A DNA stretch of 64,000 bases from Nitrospirota bacterium (GTDB taxonomy: Bacteria > Nitrospirota > JACRHJ01): the NCBI GenBank assembly GCA_963845245.1, contig CAWJRJ010000024.1:32001-96000 (forward strand), written 5' to 3'. The position numbers and the translations under genes were made by a program. Shown here piece after piece: positions 51,664 to 59,960 of the stretch; position 1 is the stretch's first letter; every line of letters begins with the position of its first letter. Below the pieces are notes generated by a model. That model made no database searches, was not told the origin of the DNA, and saw nothing but the letters and a program-made list of their open reading frames with translations.

Positions 51664-53409
51664 ATGGGCGAGCTTGAGGATAAGATAGACGCGCTCGAAA
51701 AGAAACTGGCAAGACATGAAACACTCAGCCTTACAAAGCGTCTACTCCTTGATGAGTCCGACACCGGCAGGATAATCGACGTAGTGGCAGAAACCGCTGC
51801 AACGTTGATCAATGCCGAGACCGTCGCCGTCCCGATGCTGTCCCCCGACAGACACTTCGTACAATACCAACACGCATACGGCAAACACAAAGATGCATTC
51901 CATGGCCTCTCCCTGCCCGTAGAAAAAGCAGGGCTGTGCGGCTGGGTGCTTGAGCATCGCAAGCCCATCCTGTCAAACAACCTATCTGATGACCCGCGTG
52001 TTCTGAAGGAAACGGCAAAGAAACATGGCATAACCTGCGCCACAGTCGTCCCGCTTATCGCAAGAGGAAGGATTATAGGCGGGCTTTCAGCGTTCAACAA
52101 GCTCGACGGGTCCAGCTTCACGGAAGATGACACCGCCGACTTAATACGTCTGGCCGGCTACGCCGCCACAGTCATCGACAAGGCGTGGCTGGCGGAAGAG
52201 CTTGCAGGCGAGAAGACAAAATTGCACAGCATCTTCGAAGGCGTCAAGGATGGAATAATACTCATATCGAACGGCGGCGTCATCCAGAAAGCAAACAAGG
52301 CCATGCAGAATTTTATTCCTATGCCTGTCAGTGATATGGTCGGCATAGACCTTCAAGAATTCGGAACATTGAAGGCTCTGGGCGACCTTTTCGACTGGGA
52401 GGCAAAGGCATCTCCCGGGAAACGGTGCTGGGAGAAACTCTCCTGCAATGACACTGAATGCCCCATGTATGCGAAAGAAAACCTGCGCTGCTGGTCGCTC
52501 TCAAAAGGCCACTGCCACAACAAGTTGTGCTATGGAGGCGACGGCGACCAAAAGTGGATTATATGCTCAAAGTGTAAAGCCATGACAGAGGCCACCGCCG
52601 TACTTGCCGCTCCCAGAAACCTGTCTTTCCTGGGCAAGACCCTCCAGATTTCCAGCACCCCGATCATCAACGAAACGTCAAAAGAGGTTGCAGGCGAGGT
52701 GATGGTCTTCCACGACCTGACTCCGGAAAAAAAGATGGAACAGCAGCGTAAAAAGTTCATGGCCATGATCACGCATGACCTGAAAGCCCCGCTCACATGC
52801 GTAATGGGCTACAGCACAATGATCGAAGAAGAGGCCGATATCGGCAAGATAAAAGAGATGAACGCCCTACAGTACAAAAGCGCCAACCATCTCATTAAAA
52901 TGATCAACGACTTCCTCGACTTTTCTAAAATCGAGGCGGGAAGGATAGACCTTCAGAAGGTCAGGGTCTCGCTGAAGAGTTTTCTGGGCGAGACTGTGAA
53001 CCTTTTCAATGCGCAGGCAAAGGATAAAGGGATAGACATAAGCTATGTGGTGGAGGATGGGACGCCGGAGATAATGGCCGATACCAGACAGTTGAACCGG
53101 ATACTTGACAACCTTGTCTCCAACTCGTTGAAGTTTTGCCAGCGTGGGAGAAGCATCCGTATAGCTGCGTCAGGTGCGCCAGGCGGTTTTGTAGAGATTA
53201 TGGTGGAAGACGACGGCCCTGGCATTGCGACCGATGTCCTGCCCAGGATCTTTGAGATGTATTACAGCAACAGCGTCCCTTCGCACGGACCCGGCCTGGG
53301 GCTATCGATTGTCAAGGAGCTTGCCGAGGCTCACGGCGGGGCAATATCCGTGACAAGCGAGGAGGGAAAGGGTTCGCGTTTTTCCGTGTTCCTGCCATCG
53401 GCGGGTTAA
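51664..53409 (+). CDS. GAF-PAS histidine kinase with a Cys/Trp-rich insert
   Basis: GAF, PAS, CWEKLSC...CP...RCW....C insert, THDLKAP, NLVSNSLKF, GPGLGL. Confidence 0.9.
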   Translation: MGELEDKIDALEKKLARHETLSLTKRLLLDESDTGRIIDVVAETAATLINAETVAVPMLSPDRHFVQYQHAYGKHKDAFHGLSLPVEKAGLCGWVLEHRKPILSNNLSDDPRVLKETAKKHGITCATVVPLIARGRIIGGLSAFNKLDGSSFTEDDTADLIRLAGYAATVIDKAWLAEELAGEKTKLHSIFEGVKDGIILISNGGVIQKANKAMQNFIPMPVSDMVGIDLQEFGTLKALGDLFDWEAKASPGKRCWEKLSCNDTECPMYAKENLRCWSLSKGHCHNKLCYGGDGDQKWIICSKCKAMTEATAVLAAPRNLSFLGKTLQISSTPIINETSKEVAGEVMVFHDLTPEKKMEQQRKKFMAMITHDLKAPLTCVMGYSTMIEEEADIGKIKEMNALQYKSANHLIKMINDFLDFSKIEAGRIDLQKVRVSLKSFLGETVNLFNAQAKDKGIDISYVVEDGTPEIMADTRQLNRILDNLVSNSLKFCQRGRSIRIAASGAPGGFVEIMVEDDGPGIATDVLPRIFEMYYSNSVPSHGPGLGLSIVKELAEAHGGAISVTSEEGKGSRFSVFLPSAG

Positions 53410-53576
53410 AGCGGTTTCAGCCCCTTCTTACTCATCGCAGCAGAGATTATCCTCCTCTTGCCCTCCGGGTCTTTTTCCTTTTTCAGTTCCTTCAAGACTT
53501 TCGCGGCCTCGTCCGCCGGCAGAAGTGCGATAATCCTCGTAACGTTATCAAGGTCCCTTGCGCCTACTTTTGTCAT
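53406..53576 (-). CDS. small hypothetical protein (56 aa)
   Basis: MTKVGARDLD... with a GAGGTG RBS. Confidence 0.5.
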   Translation of the reverse strand: MTKVGARDLDNVTRIIALLPADEAAKVLKELKKEKDPEGKRRIISAAMSKKGLKPL

Positions 53577-53701
53577 GGTTTTACACCTCTCTTTCTGATT
53601 AATAAAGATGTTACCACATACAAATCCAGGATTCAATGCTAACAATCGGGCTTTAAACCTGTTGACTCGCGGGCCGTTTTGTGATATTTGTAAGGGGTTA
53701 T

Positions 53702-53776
53702 GGGCGATTAGCTCAGTGGGAGAGCACTGCCTTCACACGGCAGGGGTCGAGGGTTCGAAACCCCCATCGCCTACCA
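53702..53776 (+). tRNA. tRNA-Val (anticodon CAC)
   Basis: cloverleaf: GGGCGAT/ATCGCCT acceptor stem, CTGCC-TTCACAC-GGCAG anticodon arm, GGTTCGAAA T-loop, encoded CCA. Confidence 0.96.
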
Positions 53777-53789
53777 TTTCAAATCAAGT

Positions 53790-53820
53790 GGTTGCGGGGT
53801 GTCCGCAGCCCCTTTTTATT
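53790..53820 (+). terminator. intrinsic terminator after the tRNA
   Basis: GGTTGCGG/CCGCAGCC stem followed by a T-rich run. Confidence 0.65.
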
Positions 53821-55828
53821 CCGGCCCGCTGAAGAATTTAAAGTTGTTCCTGTCATTCTCCTTTGCGTTATACATAGCCGTGTCCGCCTTCTTCAGAAGG
53901 GTCTCGACGTCTTCGCCGTCTTGCGGGTATATCGATATGCCTATGCTGGTGGTGATTGAGACCTTAAGCCCTGAAATATCGAACGGGGTTGCCATCTCCT
54001 CTATAATCTTTGTAGCGGCACTGGAAATATCGTTTCTGGACGCGACATCGGAGAGCACTATGATGAATTCGTCCCCCCCAAGACGTGCCACCGTATCGTT
54101 AACACGCACGCAGCCCTTGATCCTGCTGGCAAAGTTCACAAGCAATGAATCGCCGATGTCATGGCCCAGGCTGTCGTTTATCGATTTAAAGCGGTCGATG
54201 TCCAGGTACAGTACGCCTACAAATTTACCATTACGTTTGGCATGAGCCATATCCTGGATAAGCCGCTCTTGCAGCAGGTTGCGGTTGGGCAACCCGGTAA
54301 GAGGATCATGCTGGGCCTGGGCGATGAGCTGCGCCTCCATCTTTTTCATTTCAGTAATGTCTTCCCCGGAAAGCAGCAGCCCGGTTATCCCTTCGATATT
54401 ATTCTTCATCAGTGTATTGTGAGACATCACGACCCTCTCCTCACCACTTTTGGTGATGAGGATGTACTCGCGATCCATCAACACAGGCTTGCCGGCCATC
54501 AGCAGGCTAAATTCACTTACCGTTTCATTTATCATTGCTGGCGAAAGAAATCTGGCAAAAGACTGCCCGATTATATCATGGTAATCATACCCGAGTACTT
54601 CACAACCTTTTCTGTTAACGAGCACCACGATTCCCGAATTATCTAACATGGCTATCATGGACCCAGCCGCATCTAGGTAATTCTGTGCCCTGTTCCTCTC
54701 GGTTATCAATACATTTTCCGCCACCTTGAGGTCTGTGATGTTGCGGGCATGGTGGACGGAGCCGTATAATTTGCCTTCGGCATCAAACAAAGGCGAGACA
54801 GAGATGGAGTAATACCCGTCAAGCTGTTCCACGTACGCTTCCACATTATGGCTCTTCAGGTCGCCAAGCAACCCTGTCATCGGGCAGTACTTTGGCGGCC
54901 CGTCCAGGCCGTGGAATATCTTATAACAATTTGAACCTTCCAGCTCTGCCGAGGTCATATTCAACGCTTCAAGGGTGGGCTTGTTTGCCCTTACTACCCT
55001 CCGGTCTGTATCAAGTATCATTATCGGATCAACTATGGAGTCAAACGTCCGCTCCCACTCCTCCTTCGCCTTTGTCGCAGCCTGTTCCGCCCGTTTTCGC
55101 TTAGTAATGTCGCGGTTGTTACCCCGGTGGCCTAGGTATTCGCCGTTGGCGCCATACACGCCCTGGCAGAGGTGCTCTATCCAGCGTTCTTCTCTGTCAG
55201 GGCGCATTATCCGAAATTCCAGCCCGTCTCTGTCGGACAAGTCATGCCGGTGCTCAAGATAATGCGGTAGGTCAGCCGGGTGGATAATACGAGAAAGAAA
55301 GGTCGGGTCATCGATAAAATCCTTGGAGGGATATCCAGTAATCCTTTCGCAGGAAGGTGACGAGTACAGGAACTTCCCATCCGGGCTCAACCAGAACTCC
55401 CAGTCGTAGGTGTTGTCAGCGACGAGACGATATTTAGTCTCGGACTCTTCCAGTTGCCTTTCTATACTTTTACGGTCCGTGATGTCCACGAACGTTTCAA
55501 GAAGGACTTCCTTGCCGTCCATCATCAACGGACTGACCGTCTTCAGTATGGGTATTTCTTCACCATGGCAGTCAAGAAGGGGTTTTTCGGATAGGTCTAC
55601 CTTCATCCCAAGGTCCCAGATAGGGCATTTACCATCCTTAGCAAGGCAGAACTTGTTACAATTTTGGCCGATTACGTCTTCGGCGGACTTCGCCTTCAGT
55701 ATCTTCAACGCGGCGGCATTTACCATCAATATCTTTTTGTATCTGTCCACGACAAAAGCGCCGAACATCAGGCTTTTGAGCAGCTCCGACAATATCTCTG
55801 TGGAAAACGCGGATGTTTTTATTATCAA
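53816..55828 (-). CDS. multi-PAS diguanylate cyclase
   Basis: four PAS-like domains, HDPLTGLPNR, RVND I-site, RLGGDEF. Confidence 0.92.
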   Translation of the reverse strand: MIIKTSAFSTEILSELLKSLMFGAFVVDRYKKILMVNAAALKILKAKSAEDVIGQNCNKFCLAKDGKCPIWDLGMKVDLSEKPLLDCHGEEIPILKTVSPLMMDGKEVLLETFVDITDRKSIERQLEESETKYRLVADNTYDWEFWLSPDGKFLYSSPSCERITGYPSKDFIDDPTFLSRIIHPADLPHYLEHRHDLSDRDGLEFRIMRPDREERWIEHLCQGVYGANGEYLGHRGNNRDITKRKRAEQAATKAKEEWERTFDSIVDPIMILDTDRRVVRANKPTLEALNMTSAELEGSNCYKIFHGLDGPPKYCPMTGLLGDLKSHNVEAYVEQLDGYYSISVSPLFDAEGKLYGSVHHARNITDLKVAENVLITERNRAQNYLDAAGSMIAMLDNSGIVVLVNRKGCEVLGYDYHDIIGQSFARFLSPAMINETVSEFSLLMAGKPVLMDREYILITKSGEERVVMSHNTLMKNNIEGITGLLLSGEDITEMKKMEAQLIAQAQHDPLTGLPNRNLLQERLIQDMAHAKRNGKFVGVLYLDIDRFKSINDSLGHDIGDSLLVNFASRIKGCVRVNDTVARLGGDEFIIVLSDVASRNDISSAATKIIEEMATPFDISGLKVSITTSIGISIYPQDGEDVETLLKKADTAMYNAKENDRNNFKFFSGPE

Positions 55829-56061
55829 ACTATACCCTCCCTACAAGCTCCCCATCCGATGTCCCCCATATCCAAACGATAAAAGATATTATAATTAGTT
55901 TATCTTCAGCTGCGGAATCTGTAAAATGGCGGATACTTAATTATCTTGAACGGGAAAAGGGACGAACGGGATAATCCGGAAACTTTTAAGGGTGGACGGT
56001 GCTTTGGAAAATAATGGAGGTAACAATGGAAAAAACCGGCACATGCAGCGCCATTTTGGCG

Positions 56062-57150
56062 TTACGCAGGTGCCGGTGCTTTCTCAGGATGGAACAGCTC
56101 TTCGAAGATGTCGTTGACCGAGACTATCCCGTTAGAGCGGTATGCGTTTGTACCGCAAAAGACAAGGCCATGCTCGACGTCGCCCTTGTGGGCGTTCGAA
56201 AGGGCTATGTTAATGCAGAAGGCGGTCTTTTCGGTCTTGAATGAGCAATGTTTAAGGCAAACCGCCCGGCATTTGTGGTCTTTCGGGGGGCCATCCTTAA
56301 GCTTTTCTGTGAACTCGGTCCTGATAGCGCGCCCGGGCAGGCCCACGGGGCTTTTAATCAGGCTGATGTCATCCGGGGTGCAGTTTATATATTTCTGCTT
56401 GAACTCGGCAGCTGCGTCGCACTCATGCGTACAGACGAAACGGGTGCCCATCTGGACGCCGCGCGCGCCAAGCGAGAAGGCCCACAGCATGTCCGCCCTG
56501 TCCCATATTCCGCCGGCCGCAACTACCGGTATATCTACCTTCAGCTCCTTGTCCAGGAACTCAACAAGCTCAGGCACGACGACTTCGAGGGACATTTCAT
56601 GGCTGTACACTTCTTCCATCTTTGCGCCAAGATGCCCGCCGGCCTTGCCCGGGTCTTCGACTATTATCGCGTCCGGGAGTCTGTGGTATAGTTTTTCCCA
56701 TTTTTTTATTATGAGGCGTGCGGCCTTTACGGACGACACTATAGGCACAAGCGCGACTTCGGGGTGGTCTTTCGTGAACTCCGGCAACTGCATCGGAAGC
56801 CCGGCCCCGGATATGATGATCTGCGCGCCGCTGTCGGCCGAAGTCCTTACCGCATCCTCATAATCCGTAAGGGCTACCATGTTGTTTACGGCCAGGATAC
56901 CATCCGGCGCCGTCTTGCGCGCGGTGGCAAGTTCGTACGCAAGGGCAAGCCTGTTCGCCTCGGCATGGTTCTTCCCGTTAAAAAACTGGGAACTGATACC
57001 AAGCTCGACGGATGCAATGGTACCGATGCCGCCTGCCTTGGCCACTGCCCCGGCAAGGCCCGATGCCGAGACCCTGATCCCCATTCCGCCCTGTATTATC
57101 GGATACTTAGGAGTATATTTACCTATTGTCAAAACCGGGAGGCCGGCCAT
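56062..57150 (-). CDS. nitronate monooxygenase / FabK-like FMN oxidoreductase
   Basis: PIIQGGMG, SGAGLP, AGGHLG, AAGGI, GVQMGTRF, SPVGLPGRA, C-terminal Cys cluster. Confidence 0.88.
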   Translation of the reverse strand: MAGLPVLTIGKYTPKYPIIQGGMGIRVSASGLAGAVAKAGGIGTIASVELGISSQFFNGKNHAEANRLALAYELATARKTAPDGILAVNNMVALTDYEDAVRTSADSGAQIIISGAGLPMQLPEFTKDHPEVALVPIVSSVKAARLIIKKWEKLYHRLPDAIIVEDPGKAGGHLGAKMEEVYSHEMSLEVVVPELVEFLDKELKVDIPVVAAGGIWDRADMLWAFSLGARGVQMGTRFVCTHECDAAAEFKQKYINCTPDDISLIKSPVGLPGRAIRTEFTEKLKDGPPKDHKCRAVCLKHCSFKTEKTAFCINIALSNAHKGDVEHGLVFCGTNAYRSNGIVSVNDIFEELFHPEKAPAPA

Positions 57151-57443
57151 GCAACCCTCTTCGTTTCTTGCTTCGCCCATTAACTTCTCGTCTCTTTCTT
57201 GTTCTGTGCTGACAATTAAAGGCTCATTTTAGCATCTACACCACCTACAATCAAGAAATAAAAAAGGATTTTAACATTATTAAGACTATCCCAGCCTCTT
57301 GCCAGTATCCTATCCCTTTGTTAAACTTCTATATATAAACCAGTAATATATATAAATTGAAAACATTCTTCAATAAACTTTCGGCCGTCGTACTTCCCAT
57401 TATACTGATATCCCTGTCGTCATCTCCGAAACGGGACGCATAT

Positions 57444-57604
57444 CTTGGAAGCGGACAGGGCTGCGGTCAAAAACACGCAGGCCGCTTGGCATCGCGGTCA
57501 TAGGCGGGCTTATCGTGTCGCAGTCGCTCACGCTTTATATCACGCCGGTGTTTTATGTCTATATGGAGAGGTTCAAGGATTGGGTGGGGAGGAAGAAGAA
57601 GTGA
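57444..57604 (+). pseudogene. last-TM remnant of an RND (MdtB/C-like) efflux permease
   Basis: manual translation LGSGQG...RRPLGIAVIGGLIVSQSLTLYITPVFYVYMERFK*; nothing of the gene upstream. Confidence 0.75.
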
Positions 57605-57882
57605 GACTTACCTGCATTCTCACCCACTTTTCAACGGACTTCCCGCCGCAATTTATTGCCTTGCCTCACCTCCCAGTTTTATGGATGAGCTAAAATTAAG
57701 CCGTATTCCATGAGTGCCACAATACCCTCTTTAGGAGCGGTTTGACAAAAGGGAGGTACTACATTATACCTAATTAAACGTTTTAAAACTGGGCGGGAAA
57801 AGAAAAAAGGAGGTGATAAACTAGCCGACTGGTTAAGTAGTATGTAATTTAACCGGGGCATCGGCCCAAATAACGCTGGAGG

Positions 57883-58680
57883 ATGAAAATGTCTATGAAA
57901 AGTATGAAAGTGCTCGCGTTGGCAGTAGTCCTGGCTTTCTCATTTACGGCCATAGCACAGGCCAAGACCAATCCTAAAAAATCCACCATCCCTGACAGTT
58001 CTATAGGTTCAAGCAACTCTACCGGTAATAACGGAAACGGCGGTAACGGTCCGATAGGTACGCCGGGTTCGGACAAGACAATAAAGGCCCACGTCGAAGC
58101 CCTTGAGAAAGCCGTTGCAGCGCTGCAGGCCACCATATCGGGGTTTAACGCCGCGATTACGGCATTGCAGACCGATGTCTCCACCCTGAAAGCCGTCGTG
58201 TCCAACCAGGGAGCCAAAATCACGGCGCTTCAAGACCAGGTCGACACTCTGGCGTCAAACAACGCCCTTGCATTGGGTCCTTATGTCTCGGTAGACACCG
58301 GCATAGTTAACGGCCTTGCCGGGCCACACATTCTCTTCACCGGGGCAAACATCCATATACAGAGCGGCTCTGGAAACACCACCGACAGCGGCGCTCCGGT
58401 GGGCCTGGGCAACTTGATAATCGGCTACAACGAAATACCATTCGCAGGGACCCGCGGTGGTTCACATAACCTCGTAATCGGGCCTGAGCATTCTTATTCC
58501 AGCACCGGCGGCTTTGTGGCGGGCTTCAATAACATTATCAGCGGCCAGAGCGCAAGTGTAGCCGGCGGCGAGGGCAACACCGCAAGCGGCAACTTCTCCA
58601 GCGTCAGCGGTGGGAGCGCCCATTCTGCGACAGGAACGGACAATTGGTCAGGCGGCACAGGGTTCTCATCACCTAATTAG
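57883..58680 (+). CDS. secreted protein with coiled coil and Gly-rich beta-repeat tail
   Basis: signal peptide, heptad segment, GLGNLIIGYN, GSHNLVIG, SV.GG..N.ASG repeats. Confidence 0.78.
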   Translation: MKMSMKSMKVLALAVVLAFSFTAIAQAKTNPKKSTIPDSSIGSSNSTGNNGNGGNGPIGTPGSDKTIKAHVEALEKAVAALQATISGFNAAITALQTDVSTLKAVVSNQGAKITALQDQVDTLASNNALALGPYVSVDTGIVNGLAGPHILFTGANIHIQSGSGNTTDSGAPVGLGNLIIGYNEIPFAGTRGGSHNLVIGPEHSYSSTGGFVAGFNNIISGQSASVAGGEGNTASGNFSSVSGGSAHSATGTDNWSGGTGFSSPN

Positions 58681-58745
58681 CACGTTCGGGGTTTCCAGAT
58701 CATAAGTTTCGCATGTTCAAGCCATGCGGATGCACCAGATAAAAC

Positions 58746-58774
58746 AAGGGGTTAGCTCACAAGGCTAACCCCTT
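58746..58774. terminator. stem-loop terminator
   Basis: AAGGGGTTAGC-TCACAAG-GCTAACCCCTT. Confidence 0.7.
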
Positions 58775-58977
58775 CTAACATCAAGACTTATTTAAACCTG
58801 TCTAAGTTTATATCCGGTGCCTATATTTAATTCCTAACAACTGTCGGTCGGCTATCAAGTAAACAGCGAAAGCGGGTAGTTTTTTGCTTTACGGCATGAT
58901 GAATTGCCTTGCCTCCCCTCCCCAATTTGTGGTATTATCCTAGAAAATCTGAGTAGTTATCTCACCAGACAGGACCC

Positions 58978-59955
58978 ATGCCGGATTTGAATTTACCGAC
59001 CATAACCGTGATAATACCGGTGAAGCCCGGCGGCTATGTGAAGTCGCTTGAGGCGCTGAAAACCGTGGACTACCCGAGGGAACTCCTCGAAGTAATTGTC
59101 GCCGAGGGCCGCCAGCCCTCCGTCCAGCGTAACCGCGCCTCGAAAGAGGCGACCGGGGACATACTCTACTTCCTAGACGACGACTCGGTAGTGCCCCCGG
59201 ACACCTTTAAAATCATGGCCTCGCGCTACGCCGACCCCAAGGTCTCGGCGGTGGGCGGGCCTATAATAACCCCCGACACCGACAGGTTCCTGCAGACAGG
59301 CTATGGCCTTGCGCTGTCCTCCATGTTCGGCGGGTCATCCATACGCGCACGCTACAAGAAGCTCGGGCCGGAGCGCGAAGCGACCGAGAACGACCTGATC
59401 CTTGCGAACCTTTCCTTCCGCCGCGAGGTGTTCGTGGGCGCGGGCGGGTTCAACGAGAACCTCTACCCGAACGAGGAAAACGAGCTGATGAACAAGCTCC
59501 AGGAACAGGGGCACGTGTTCATGTACGTCCCGGACGCGTTCATATACCGGAGCCAGCGCGAGACGTACAAGGCGTACCTCAAGCAGGTGTTCACATACGG
59601 GCGCGGCAGGATGGACCAGAACTTCGCACACCCGGAGGGTTTCAGGCCGCTGCACCTGGCCCCGGCGCTGTTTCTGCTCTATTGCGTTTCCCTCTTGTTT
59701 TTTCATAACTTTATTTACTTTTTGCCCGCTTTATTATATCTTATCCTGTGCACCATATTCTCGGCGGCCTCGGCTGTAGAGGGGAAGAACCCGCTCTACT
59801 TCTTAGTGATGCCGGTGCTGTTCCTCAGCCTGCACCTGGGCTACGGCGCGGGCTTCATCCGAGGCATCGTGAAAGGGCTTCGCAACAAGGGCAAGGCCAC
59901 GCCATATACGGGCGGGGTGAACATACGAAGGATGACCATCGGGTCCAAGGAGTAG
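58978..59955 (+). CDS. GT2 glycosyltransferase with C-terminal TMs
   Basis: ITVIIP, QRN, FLDDD, GGFNE, YG.GR. Confidence 0.9.
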   Translation: MPDLNLPTITVIIPVKPGGYVKSLEALKTVDYPRELLEVIVAEGRQPSVQRNRASKEATGDILYFLDDDSVVPPDTFKIMASRYADPKVSAVGGPIITPDTDRFLQTGYGLALSSMFGGSSIRARYKKLGPEREATENDLILANLSFRREVFVGAGGFNENLYPNEENELMNKLQEQGHVFMYVPDAFIYRSQRETYKAYLKQVFTYGRGRMDQNFAHPEGFRPLHLAPALFLLYCVSLLFFHNFIYFLPALLYLILCTIFSAASAVEGKNPLYFLVMPVLFLSLHLGYGAGFIRGIVKGLRNKGKATPYTGGVNIRRMTIGSKE

Positions 59956-59960
59956 CGCTA

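Noticed and set aside
50942..55828. Prophage or ICE at tRNA-Val with XRE as repressor
   Set aside because: No integrase, phage genes or duplicated tRNA 3' end seen
57445..57693. 82-aa ORF from the track
   Set aside because: The meaningful reading is the RND remnant in another frame
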